From assembly GCF_052425735.1 (NCBI RefSeq), contig NC_135761.1:39990001-40054000 (forward strand): a stretch of DNA of 64,000 nt, given 5' to 3'. The DNA comes from Oculina patagonica (Eukaryota). The notes below the pieces were generated by a model that did not search any database, had not been told where the DNA came from, and was given only the letters and a program-made list of their open reading frames with translations. Below are positions 1 to 12,754 of the stretch, piece after piece; position 1 is the stretch's first letter; each line of letters begins with the position of its first letter. The position numbers were made by a program, and so were the translations under genes.

Positions 1-3000
1 CTTAAATTTGTTCGGCGTTCGATGGCTCGTTCGATGTTTTTCTTGTTGTGCACAAAGGAAAGACTGTAGCTATATCATTGTGATTCTTCCTCAACATGGA
101 CTTGATCGACCATGGAATAGAAATGCCTCATCATGTAATAATCTTTTTAGCTGTCTTCGAGACAAGATGGCTGCCCTCTGTGAAAGCTTTGATCACGTGA
201 CTCGAAGGCGCGGGTCACACACGCGTGCAACTCGTTCCTCGCGTTTTTTTTATCAAGAGGCTTTGGTTCAAAAAACCTGTTTTAACTGAGGAAGACTTCG
301 GCAACAAATTTCTGTGTGAAAACTGTAGCCACAATTTAAGCAAGTTACCGGGAGCGAACAGTCATCATCATCTAACAGACACTCTGTACTGTCACAGGCT
401 AACTGGGGATCCGGTTCCTGTCCACTCCAGGCATAGCCCAAAGGCAAGCTTCTTTGGTCTATGGTAGCATCAAGTGTTGGGAGGTAGTATGGCTAGAAAA
501 GAATGCATTTTATTGTCTGTCTTCTTGAAAAAATAAAGATACACATAGCAATTTGGAAAAAGTTTGAATATTTAGACCATGCCTAGACCTTTATACATGT
601 AGTATTACTGTAGGCTTGGTGATCCTGCATTGACCAAGTAATCAGATTAATTCTCTTACATCTTTCAACTTATGAACGAACTTGTATTGCATCATTCAAC
701 CTAATTCATAATAATTTTTTTTTTATTTCCTTTTTTCTTATTACCTGATACTTGCGACGGCCTTTTGGTATCTTTGAAGAATTTCCCAGGTTTTGCTGCA
801 CTGACACAAACAAGTTAATGAGAAAATCTGCTGCCCTGAAAGACAAATCCTCCAAATTCCGGTCTCCTTTACCCCTGGAGTTAGCGAGAAGGAACCAGGT
901 ACTGAAGTCTTCTTCATATCTGCTACCACTAATTGCCTTAGCAGTTTCTTGGACTTGAGCAGCTGTTGCATCAGGAGGTATAGCTCTAACAGAAAAAAAA
1001 ACATGGTACAACTTAATTTAAAATTGTGTTATACAAAGACCAGGGCACACAATAAAAAAATATTGTGAACTGACCAATCAAAACTTAAATGTTAAGTGAA
1101 ATTGCATAGGGTTATTTTTGCTTTTTCAGATATTTCTAGTTCAGTACATTGTACGTTGCTGGAGAATACAGTGTACATGTAATTGATCATTGCATAATTA
1201 ATTTTTAATGTACATGTTAGAAACTCAAATAGATAATAATTAATATGTACATTTACATGTTCAAGTAATTGTTTCTACTGCAATTGTGTGTTTGTACCTT
1301 CTAAGAATTGAGTGAAACACCTCAACCTTTTTTTCAGTTAACTCATTGAGGGCCTGCTCAAAGATTTCAGAAAAATGGGGCATAGCCAAGCTCTTGTGGT
1401 GTACAAGATCACTAAGCTGACAGAGTGTGGCCTTGTCATAATGGCGTCTACGCTGGATGATGAACATCAAAGCCAAGCGCATCATTGCTTCAAGCCACTT
1501 GTTATGATTCCCCCCCCCCCCCTCTGAATATCACTGAATAAAAGAAGAAGACCAGTGGCACTAATTCATCCAGAAGAAAAACAAGAAATATAAATTCAGG
1601 ATCCTTGCATTGTCCAAATGCAGGAAAAACAGCATCTTTGACATGAAGCCAACCACCAAAGGCAGTGATTATCAAGGTTGAAATCCAATATGGTCTTGGC
1701 TTTTTTGCTAGAACTTTTCTGGCACCAAACAAAGATTTATAGAGCTTCTCAAAAAAGCACCGGAAGTTAACCACCACATCTTCTTGGGAGTTGAGACAGA
1801 TATGGAAGGGTCCTTTCCAGGGCACGGCGGACAACAGAAAATCTGGATCAACATTGGGTCTCCACTGTTGAGTAGATGTAAGAAAAATGCATGTATTATT
1901 ATTGTTATCTCTAAAAAACTTTTACAATATTTTGCACAAAATTGTCCTCAAGGGGGCTTAGTCGCATAATATTTAGGTGTATAATTCCAGGCTTAAAGTC
2001 CAATTAGCTGTTTGAAGCATTCCTTGATTTAGATTATTATTGATTGTTGCTTTACTTAAGGCAGTTAAAGATCAACTGGAAATGCAAGCTAAGGGTATGG
2101 ACTGAATATCTTGAGGGAGAACAGTAGAGAGGGTAGCATTTCCAAAATTATTTTCAGCTTCTGTGATAATTCAGCTGATCGTGTCCTCTAACAAAAAATG
2201 TTAAAATTAAGGCCAAGTTTGCTTTAGTTTAGTAAATGGGTATTAATGTTTAACCTTAATTTTACACACAAAATGTTTAAAGGAAAGTTTCCACTTATAA
2301 ATAGTAATGCTATCTCAAAAAAGGAACCCACACAAATTTTATATTATTTATTTAACCACAAGATTTAATAATAACTAATAATTTAGCATTTTTTAATCTT
2401 TTTGTTGTAGTACCATGTTGGCTAGTCACCAGTCAAAAACAAGGGGTTCTTCTCCATATACCTACTCAGTGATGGGCATGTTTCCACCAAGTGCTTTGCG
2501 ATAGTCACCTTTACTGTGGAGAGACTGCTGGAACTCATCAATCAGCCAAGTATTTAAGAGTTTCTGACTGAGAGATCCAGGCAATATTGCAAAATGTCGG
2601 AAGAAGGGGGTCGACCGATCTCCACCATATTTATACGGTATGGAGGCCTTACCTAAATAGTAACCATGGTAACATTTTTTGATTGATTGACTTTATTGTT
2701 TTCGAGAACAGACCACCCCCCCAAAAATTGCCCCAGTGGGGTGACAAAAGTTGTGATTTTAGGTCAACTTTAGCAGCGTATATCTCTAGATTTATTCAAG
2801 CAACAGACTCCAATTTACATCAACATAACACTTGTCCTTTGGTTGTTTAAATGCATACTAGAACAAATCTTCTCTGTATATCATTCACGATCTGCATGCA
2901 AACAAAGAAGGCATGCTTCCCGACATTTTCAAAAGCCGCAAAACTAGGCATTTTCGAATTCCATTTTCTCAAGGGTCCGGGAAGATACAAATACAAAACA

Positions 3001-3646
3001 AACTGCAAGTTACTCACCATACATAGGAATATGTTTTAAGCCAGTGTTGAAATTGGACCCGCGAATATATTTTTTTTTAACGGTTCACTGTTTTTGCCGC
3101 TTCGGCCGATTTCACACTCTCAGGCCAGTACCAAAAAATTACGGTTTTTCTGCTGCTGTCGATATCATTATCCGGATTTCGCCATTTGAACGCCTTCGAT
3201 AAGTTTAAAAAACCAATAGCTATGGTTTATTGTCAAAGTATTTATGATTTGGCTGCAAGTTGTATTCCTTTTAAGCGAGAGCCCAGGTAACATTTTTCCG
3301 TAGATTGTGTGACAGCCATAGAACACGAAGCCTTCAGCGTAGCCATCAAACCAAACCAAAATATCGCGTTGATTAACAGAATGTTGCCTTTTCTTCATGA
3401 ATACTTGCTTCTGATCCATAAAAAGCTTTCAGACATCCCATGAAAGAGTCCAGAATTCAGTAAACAACAGGGAAAACATTGTCGATCTTCGTGTGTTTGT
3501 ATAAACACTTCTGGACATTGGCACTAATTTTCGTCACCTTAAAGCTTGGTTTTGGTCCGTTTATTCGCCTGATAATTACGATCAATGTTACTTAGTCGCA
3601 TTAAGAGGTGGATGGCATTTGCTCAGCCGTTATACTGCCATAAGTA

Positions 3647-3747
3647 TAGCCTACGTGTAGCCGTACCCCCCCCCCCCCCCGAGGAAAAGCGGGAGGGGAA
3701 GGAACGTCTACGAAAACCTGGCGCCAATCGTGTTATGTGACGTCACA
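3647..3747 (+). repeat. Left TIR of AcademH element
   Basis: Reverse complement of 12659-12754; contains CCAAT and a TGTGACGTCACA palindrome at its inner end. Confidence 0.95.
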
Positions 3748-3836
3748 GTAATTTATGCAAAATATGTAAATAAATTACTTTACCCGCGAACCATTGTACG
3801 TGTGTACTATTGTCTTTTGAACTCATTTGCAATTCA

Positions 3837-6800
3837 ATGTCCTCTTTCAATTGTATACTGTGTTTTAAAGAAATTACGAAGGATTACGAGCGATTTTTGG
3901 TGAACAGCAAGAAGAAGACGATCTTCGATGTAAACATCGCGCTCGCAAATTTGGATTTTCCAAGTGTACACGCTGTCAGAGTACATTTGTAGACAGTGCC
4001 ATGGCGTACTTAAGAAAAGACAAAATTTACAGCAGAGCTTGGACGAATTAAAAGAATCAATGAGGGTTAGTTATGCTGCAAATCTGGAGAGAACGGGACT
4101 TGTTTTCCAATCGAAGGAGCCGCCATCACAGATCGCTAATTCGCCGAAACGTCCAAGATTGGAAGACGATAACACACAACATGAACAATCTGCCGCTTTT
4201 GAACCATTCCCTTCGCCTCTGCTAGCTTCGACGCCGAAAAAGCGAGTAGATTCAAAGGCCAGCGACAAGCCTTCTTCGACATCAGTGCGTGTTCGAATAG
4301 AATGGCCATCCAATAAGCTCGATAGAAAAGTGCCAGAGCAGCTAGAATCCCTCGGAAAGATGCTTGTAAGGGGCACCTATAAGCAGATTGCCAATGCTGC
4401 CTGGCGATCGCCAAATTTAAAGAAAGAGTTGCAGCTTCTCGTGTTAAAGGATATCGACAAGGAGTGCACGTCGATGTGTTCTAAAAAGGAGCCAAGTTGT
4501 GTCAGGTCGCCTGATAAAAAAAAACTGTTAAATTTTACTTTTGAGAAATTTAACGATGAATTATCATCCAAAGCTCCATTTTTACACGCCGTTCTTCGGG
4601 TCAGTTCTGTCAACAGGCGTAAGGATAGTGTTTGGCAACAATCAGTTGGGATGGCAGTAGCTATTTGCTTAAGAAATCGATCGCAGTACATGAATGGAGT
4701 GCAGCTTCTTCTTAGCATATTTGGCTATCACTCCAATTGGATGGTAAGTGCATATTTTTAGGTTATTAAAGACAAGGTTGATAAGATTTCTTCGGGTTAA
4801 TTTTTTCAAAGTTTTGTGAAATTAATCAAGTTTCCCCAGATATAGAAATTATATCCTTTTGGCACTTACAGTGCAGATATATCATGCATCAATTGATCAC
4901 TTAATTTATGTAATTCCTCAAAGTCACCTTGTCAACCTTATTAAACAATTTTCCCAGCAATTTGTAATATAGCCTATGTGTGGCCGTACCCACCCCTATT
5001 TGAAATAATAATATCAACAACAATTACATGCTTTATTACCTGAAAAAAAAAAAAAAGAGATTTGAATTACAAACGGATATTAATACGAAAAAGTGATACT
5101 CAGTAAGTAACTAAAAAGCTAATTGAGCTGAGTAAAAATAAGTAACATGTTTGTTGGTAAGTTCTTAATCAAAAATCATGCATGTGTGTTGAATCTGTAT
5201 TTTTACTTATTTATTTCATCTAGGCCACAATGCAAAGACTAAGCCCCTTGCGTCTAATGACTTCCCACACTCATTTATACACAAAGCTGGATGAGTTTTC
5301 CACTGGCATTTCTTTGGAAGATCCACAACCCACCAATGGTTCTTCTGTGGGGCAAGTTAACCCACAACCTCCCACTAGTATTTCTTTGGGGCAGGGTAAC
5401 CCGCAACATACCACTGGCATTACTTTGGGACAGGGTAACCGACAACATCCCTCTGTTTTTGTTTTGGGACAGGGTAACCCCCATCCTCTCACTGGTTTTT
5501 ATTTAATACAGGGTAGCCCCCAACCTCCCACTGGCATTTCTTTGGGACCAGGTAATCCCCAACCTCCTAATTTTATTTCTTTGGGACAGGCGGGGAGCCC
5601 ACAACCTTCCACTGGCATTCCTTTGGTGGCAGTCAACCCCCATCCTCCAACTGGTGGTATTTCTTTGGGGCCAGTCAACCCCGGACCTCTATCTGGTGGT
5701 ATTTCTTTGGGGCCAGTCAACCCCCGACCTCCATCTGGTGGTATTTCTTTGGGGCCAGTCAACCCCCAACCTCCATCTGGTGGTATTTCTTTGGGGCCAG
5801 TCATCCCAACTCCAACTGGTGGTATTTCTTTGGGGCCAGTCATCCCAACTCCAACTGGTGGTATTTCTTTGGGGCCAGTCATCTCAACTCCAACTGGTGG
5901 TATTTCTTCGGGGCCAGTCATCCCAACTCCAACTGGTGGTATTTCTTTGGGGCCAGTCATCCCAACTCCAACTGGTGGTATTTCTTTGGGGCCAGTCATC
6001 CCAACTCCAACTGGTGGTATTTTGGGGGGGCAAGTCCACCCCCAACATCAAACTGGCGGTATTTATTTGGGGCCGGTTAATCCGCAACCTACCACCATTA
6101 GTTCCTCAGAGCAGGGTAACCCTTCACCTGTCACTACTACTTGTACTTCTTTGGAGCAGGGTCTCCACTCAGCACAAGCCACCACTGCCGCTGAGAATCC
6201 AAAACAAAATTTTCAAAACATTCAAGTGATACTCCAGCCTGATAAAGGGCGAAAGATCACATTTGACAATTTTGACATTTACCAGGTGGTTCACCACATG
6301 ACTGAACAGCATCAAAACAAAGATAAACACTATGTGACAGTCATGAGCACAGAAAACCGGATAAGTGGAGCACACCTCCGACGAATTGGACCTGTGGGTG
6401 ACATCTCTTTACTTGAGAATGGAAACTGTGTACCAAACCAAGCCGAGCACCAAAAGCAGAAAGAAAACTACATTAACTTGGTGGCGAGAATCATTACTGC
6501 AAATATACCATGTCTCAAACATCTTCAGGAAGTTGTGACAATGCACATACCCCATCGCTATCAAAAGGAAACAGCTCAAGCCACTGACACTGTAAGTAGC
6601 TAGCTACACATATACAGTCAACTCTGTTTATAGCGGACACGCTTGGGACTTCGTTTAGTGTACGTATTAGCTAGAGTCCGTAATAGCGGGAGTCATTTCC
6701 AGTCAAACCTCTATAGCCGGGGATCTGAATTTTGTCTGTGATAGCAAGTGTCCGTAATAGCAGGTGGTCCGCAAGGCAAGAGTTGACTGTAATTTAAATG

Positions 6801-8765
6801 TAGCACAGAGAAACTAAAACGTCCCAATACAGGATGAACAGGTTGAAAGGAGATTTATGATATGCAAATGACTTGGGGAAATCTTGGTACTGTAGCACCA
6901 AATGTTCTTTCTATTAATTTAATTTTTTTTTTCTTTTTGTAGACTTTCCTTGGTGTACTTTACCACAACGAAAATAGTGCGGACGGGATACTTGAAATTT
7001 TGAAAGAACTCCATAAGTATGTACCTTTTTCTGGTGACAATGAGCACAGGACTTATGATGATCAAGGGTTGGTTGGTGACCAACTAACTGTGGAGCGATC
7101 GGTAAATGGCCATGCATCCCTGAGTAATGGTTTCACACCTGAGGAACGTTTAGAGGGGCTGAACTTTCAAATTGCGGATTGGCATTCGAGTAATAAATTT
7201 CTCCAGGTAAATATCCAAGCACCGATCTACACTTGCCAATAAATTTCAACCCTCCAAGTTTATTTTTTTCCTTAGTGGCCATTTGGCCACCGACTGCTCG
7301 AGTTTGGTCGCCAGTGAAAAATTTCAATGCTTCATGCTTTCAATCCTTCTTCTCCATTTTAGTCGCCAGGCTGGCGACTTCGGTTGCAATTTAGTCGCCA
7401 GCTCCAAAATATTCGTCGCCATGGCAACTAAAAAGGTCTTAACTTGGAGGGTTGAATTTAATTTTTGAAAAGTTCAAAATTTTTTGTTGCACTTGGGAGT
7501 TTTTTGGTAAAATGTATATTCTACCTCAATAGTTTGCAGTTCTAACAGGTAGTTATTATTTGCATAAACTGGGAAAATAATGTTTGTTTATCTTGCTGCT
7601 CTCCCTGGAAATTTCTAATGACCTTGCACCGACATTGGGATAGGCATGGATACTTCTCAGAGCCTAACAATATTATTAATTTCATGATTAGCAATTTAGT
7701 TTTAGTATTTTCTTTTTGCAGCTTGCATTTGATCGTCTATACTCACAAGCTTCTTCAAGAGACAAATGCACACTATACAGCGATCGCAATCTTATCAACA
7801 GGCGAAATGTAAAGGCAAAGGTTGACTCTGCGGTGAAGCCAGCCCACAGCTTTTTTGACCTCTGCTTAAAAGCAAGAGTGGTTGCAGCTGCTCTAGAAAT
7901 AATGAATCTTGAATCCCTTGATGACACCTCTGAGGCAGTACCAAAGGCAGATGCTTCTAAGGTTGCCAAAAAGAGATACCTAGAAGAGCTTGCAGGTCAG
8001 ATTGTTAATGATTATGTGGTGAACACTGCTCGAAATCTTGAACTTTTTAACAGGATTGTTGGTGAACAGAGTCAAAATCAAAGTGCAGAGTCAGAGGATT
8101 CCAACCAGTGTGATGACATGCTTTCCTATCAAAAGGCTTTAATGGAGTATGGTCTTCTTCTTCTTAATTTTAAGGATGCAATCAGTGAAGGGGATGGGGA
8201 TAGGATTCTTCGCTGTTGGAAATTTTTCCTACCTCATCTGAGAAATGACAAGCATAGCACCAAGTATTCCCTTGAAGCATTATACCTGATGTTTCAAGTG
8301 TATGCTCTGTTAAGTCCCAAGGCAGCCCATGAACTGATATGGAATCGCTCAGCAAAGTCGAGGAATGGCATCGGTGGAAACATCCCTCTAGATTTGCTAC
8401 TAGAGTTCTTCAACAGGCTTTTGAAAGATGCTGTGAAGAAACTCGGACCAAATGCCTCCCAGAAGTCTATAGACAGGATATGTAAATCAATAACCATAAC
8501 AAAGGAACTCATGGACAAATTTGATGCAGAATTGCACATTCACAAGCGTTCTGGAAGGCATGTAGTCAAGTCTTCAGATGAAGATCTCAAGAAGGTAGTC
8601 AAGGACCTTGTAGACCACAAGGCCATGCGCCATATACCAGGAAGGGTCTACCACCAGTATCATGGCATAAAGCCTTCGTTTTTATGGGACTTTGACATAC
8701 AAAACATGCACAAGTGGATCAATGATCATAAGAAGTATATTGAAATCAAAAGAAGAGCCCGTTAA
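3837..8765 (+). CDS. Academ (DUF6589-like) DDE transposase, 4 exons (3837-4743, 5224-6591, 6943-7206, 7722-8765), ~1190 aa, one +1 frameshift near 3963
   Basis: All three introns are GT-AG, phase 0, and join the ORFs in frame. N-terminal CxxC...CxxC finger; motifs TFDNFD, GDQLT, ADWH, DAISEGDGDRILRCWK, KYSLEAL, NIPLDLLLEFFNR. Confidence 0.85.
5300..6090 (+). repeat. In-frame 39/42-bp coding minisatellite (GGISLGPVIPTPT-like, ~20 units) in transposase exon 2
   Basis: Six near-identical 39-bp units, three 42-bp units, and more diverged units upstream. Confidence 0.95.
6615..6789. mobile_element. Tc1/mariner-pogo-type MITE in transposase intron 2
   Basis: TIR CAGTCAACTCT...AGAGTTGACTG flanked by TA on both sides. 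Confidence 0.8.
7247..7454. mobile_element. MITE (hAT-like ends) in transposase intron 3
   Basis: 14-bp TIR CAACCCTCCAAGTT/AACTTGGAGGGTTG with internal GTCGCCA repeats; TSD not clean. Confidence 0.65.
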
Positions 8766-10054
8766 ATTATTTGTTTTTGTTGTCCTTCTTTAATTGTCTG
8801 AAAGAAGGCCTTGCCCCTTTAAGCCAGTGATCAATAACAAATTTCTCCTCACAGTATTGAAAACATAGTTCTCAGAAAATGATCTGAGAATTTAGAATAT
8901 ATCTCAAATGCAAAATTGCATAAGGTTTTTAAAAAGTTACCCAACATACTATAATGTATAGAAATCAGTTACAAGAATTTGTAAGTTGACCCCCACACTA
9001 ATCAACAGATTTGCAGTAATGTGTTGTGTAGATAATTAAGCTGCAGCCATTCCTTTGACAATGACATGTCTCCTAGGCAGTGCACACAATCCCATTAAAG
9101 AGTCCTGTCATGCAAACCTGATGCCTCTGTGGTATGTACTGATCTCAATGTGTGGTTCCAGAAAAGATTCATACACCATCTCATAGAAGGCATGATTTTT
9201 CCTAAGACCCACTCCTCTGGAAATTCCAATTAAGCTTCATACATTTCCTTAAAGATTTTGGGCTTTGAGATCCCCCTACCCAAGAAATAATACCTTCTGA
9301 GGAAGGAGTACTGACATTTTCTGGAACCACACAATACAGGATTGCTCAAAATAAATACAGTGATTCCTTTACTATTGGTTCCTATATACATAGGATTAGT
9401 TAAAGAATTAAAAAATATATGAATTTTAAATAATATGAAATAACAATCTATTTTAAGAGTAATTTTGATTCCTTTACGCACTGGGTGTCAAATATTATAA
9501 ACCAAGGAAAAATTTGTTATTAACACTGAAAAACAAGAACACTCAATGCTGTAAGAAGTGTAACATGTTGTGGCCTTTATGACAACTCTATTTTGAAAGA
9601 AATAACATGAACATAATCTATTATCAAACATACTTGAAAAACAAGCCATTTCAATTTCATCCCAACTTCTATGACTTGCTGACTGACATTTGAATGTAAC
9701 GAAAACAAACTCAAAAATAAATGTCAACGTGTCATGCAATATCTTAAACTGTCTTACCGCTACAATGTAACTAATTTAAACATCAGTAAATGATCATACT
9801 TTGAAATTTTAAAAGTATTTTTTTACTGCTCAGATATTGTTGCCCCAAATTGTGTTAATAAAATGCTAAAATCGCAGTCAGGGATATGCTTTACAAATTT
9901 TAAACTTGTCTGACACTGACTGAAGTACTGAATGTAATAAACAATGTTCACAAAGCAACTAAATCAAGACATTTTAACCGAGCATCTTCGGTCTTCATTG
10001 TTTATTATGTTCAGTGCTTCAGTCAGTGTAAGACCAGTTTTTAATTGACTTAAA

Positions 10055-12531
10055 TTATGGTAAATTGTTTACAATGCTCCCCAAAAAACTACTACTATTA
10101 AGACTTGTTGCTGCCATAAGGGTTTCATCACAGTAAGTGCTACCATCATCAAAACTTTCTGCCATATCCAGTAGGGTTGAATCATCCCTTAGTTCTTCCC
10201 AGTCCATGTCAATGTCAATATCTTCCATCAGCTCAACATCAAGTTCTGCCACTTTTTGGATGTCACCAAAACAACAACCGATAATGTCAAGGATGGCAAT
10301 TGCATGCTCTTTGCGCCACACTTCAACATATTTAAAAACATCTTGAACATTAAAAATTTTGTGGCAATTTTCCAGAACTTGATTAATGAAAAAGTCACCA
10401 AGTTCAAGCAGCACATTTGGACAATTAACTAACTGTTCAAGCTTGTCTGAATGTTTGCTGACTTCAGTTTTCCTGAAATTTTCAAGGGCAGTTTTCAAAT
10501 AGAGTTTGTTTTCTTTAGTGACTGCTCTCGTTGTCACATTTGAAGGGCCAGGAAGTTCTGCTGTTTGTGAGATGTCAAAATTAAATGCTTGGTCACAGTT
10601 AGCTGTGCCACAGGAACAATTTTTTGAACAATTGTCACAGCAATCGTGTATTGGGATGATTTCTTTTGGTTTCTCACCAAATGGAGCAAACAAGGCAGCT
10701 CTTCTACACTCCACTGTTGTGCAGTACTCTTTAATATCCTGTTCACAATGGTTTGATAGTATTCCATTGTAGAGAAGAACACAAACTGCAGGCATGCCAT
10801 CCCTTCCCCCTCTTCCACTTTCTTGCACGTAGCATTCCAGGTTTTTGGCTGGAGCCATGTGGTAAGTTTTCCTTACTTTCCTGCAGTTAACACCCATTCC
10901 AAACGCAACAGTTGTAATTAGGCAACGGATGTGGCCATCATCACATGAGATGTTTTCGACAATGTGTGTTTTTACAGCAGTTGGAGTGCCTGCATGATAC
11001 ATCTCTACGATTCGGTTTTTAGGATGTTTATCACCACAAAACATCTTTTCTCCTAAAAACAAAGTGAATGTTCTGAAGATTAAAGCACACTGCTTTCTTG
11101 TTTGACAATAAATCATTGACCTTTCTGCCATTTTGCCATGCTTCTTGAGTTCTTTGATGACTTCTCCAAAAATTTGTTCGAATGGTTGGCTCTTGCTGAT
11201 GTACATTGCACTGTACTTGAGGTTTGGACGATCAGGGCTTTTTTCAATAACAATGGTCTTGGGTCCAAGTTGGAGGGTTTGGAATATTTTCTGCCTCGTT
11301 GACTTTGTGGCAGTGGCAGTAACTACTAGCAATCTTGCTTCTTGTGGGATGAGAGACCTCAGCTCGCCAAGATTACCGAACCACTCTCGAAATGGAACAC
11401 TTCTCTCCCCAGGAAGACCCCTGTTAAAAACATGCAATAAACCAATATTGTATGACTTATTAAGCAGGGGTTTCAATAAGTTTTGGCACAAGTGGGTAGA
11501 ATATAAAAACAGGCGGGTATCAATGGAAGGCCCAAGGGGCCTTCCCCCCTAGGGGGGTCTGAGGGCATGCCCCCCCAGAAAATTTTGAAATTCTATACTC
11601 TCGTAGGTGCATTTTCCTTCATTTTGAGGGTACTTTTAAGATTGCTTTGTTGTATGTATGAAGTCAACCAGTTTAAACAGATCTTCAAGCGGGTAGTTGG
11701 CCCATCACAAGCGGGTAGATCTATATGTAAACTTACAACATAGACATCACACAATTTCAAAGGGAACAACAAACAATCCAAACTTTAGATAACCTACGTG
11801 TAGCTGGACTTTCAGGCTTAGAAACTAGAAGGTAAATTGCTGCTTGCTGATTGCTTTTGAATTATTAGCAAGGAATTTCACGTACAGCAAAACATAGTAC
11901 AGTGCCATATTTACCAGGGTATTGAAAAACAAAGATAATTGTGCTTTGTATTAAATGTTTGCCGTTTGCTCGATTTTTGCTCTTTTGCTCGTTAGCTCTT
12001 GGTTATGGAACTAAATATAACCAAAACAACATACCAATGACTGATACAGTGCGCCTCGTCTATAGCGACTCCAACCAGGCGTGTTTTGAACGTGGTGGCA
12101 TTGAACACATCTCTCCACGTGTCCGTTGCGAGAAAACTCTCAGGTGAGCCATAAACGTGTGAGTATTCCCCAATCATAACTCTTTCGAGTATACTGTCGT
12201 CAGATTGTTCCGAAAGCGCGATGGCTTTCAGTCCCAGACTGTTCAGGTACTTGACCTGGTCTTCCATCAGTGCCTTCAGTGGTGAGACGACGAAAATGGT
12301 GCAAGGTTTCTTCGAAATAATCGAGGCGATTACTGGAATCACCTGAAATATAACAGATTTTCCATAGCCGGTTGGTAAGGAAACGAAGACATCTTTACCC
12401 TCAAAAAACGTATCTAAAGCTTTCCGTTGCTCTTCGTGCAATGTCTGTACTCCAAATGTCGCACAAACTTGCTCTAAAGCTGCGGCATAGACCGTTTCAT
12501 TTTGACTCCTTTCCTCCGCAACGTCCGCCAT
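10055..12531 (-). CDS. RecQ-like superfamily-2 helicase of AcademH, 2 exons (12531-12035, 11420-10055), 620 aa, intact
   Basis: A phase-2 GT-AG intron rebuilds DEAHCISHWG...FR. Motifs LPTGYGKS, SPLKALMEDQ, TATAT, TVAFGMGVN, YVQESGRGGRDG and the RQC-type Zn site CRR...CCDNC are present; no HRDC evident. Confidence 0.92.
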
Positions 12532-12658
12532 CTTGCAATATCAGTTCCACTTAGGTCATGAAAATGAGGTAGAACTAATTTAAGCCAATCAGCAAACTCG
12601 AACGAATTGACCAGATGGTGAACCAATGAAAGGCCATTATACATTTTCATGCAAAAGG

Positions 12659-12754
12659 TGTCACGTCACATAACACGATTGGCGCCAGGTTTTCGTAGAC
12701 GTTCCTTCCCCTCCCGCTTTTCCTCGGGGGGTGGGTACGGCTACACGTAGGCTA
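12659..12754 (-). repeat. Right TIR of AcademH element
   Basis: Reverse complement of 3647-3747. Confidence 0.95.

Larger units (their letters stand above)
3647..12754. mobile_element. AcademH-type DNA transposon (transposase + RecQ-like helicase), full length, young
   Basis: TIRs 3647-3747 and 12659-12754 (TAGCCTACGTGTAGCCGTAC...) differ only in the C-tract and one base. Perfect 9-bp TSD CCATAAGTA at 3638-3646 and 12755-12763. Single-copy empty site at 15976-15984 (reverse strand). Two convergent spliced genes inside. TAG..CTA ends, a 9-bp TSD and an SF2 helicase match the described AcademH lineage. Confidence 0.92.

Noticed and set aside
5499-6229. Antisense and alternative-frame ORFs over the minisatellite
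   Set aside because: By-products of a stop-free repeat whose unit length is a multiple of three.
10055-12531. Host RecQ/WRN/BLM gene
   Set aside because: It lies within TIRs and a TSD, is paired with a transposase, and lacks evident HRDC or exonuclease domains; no gene symbol assigned.
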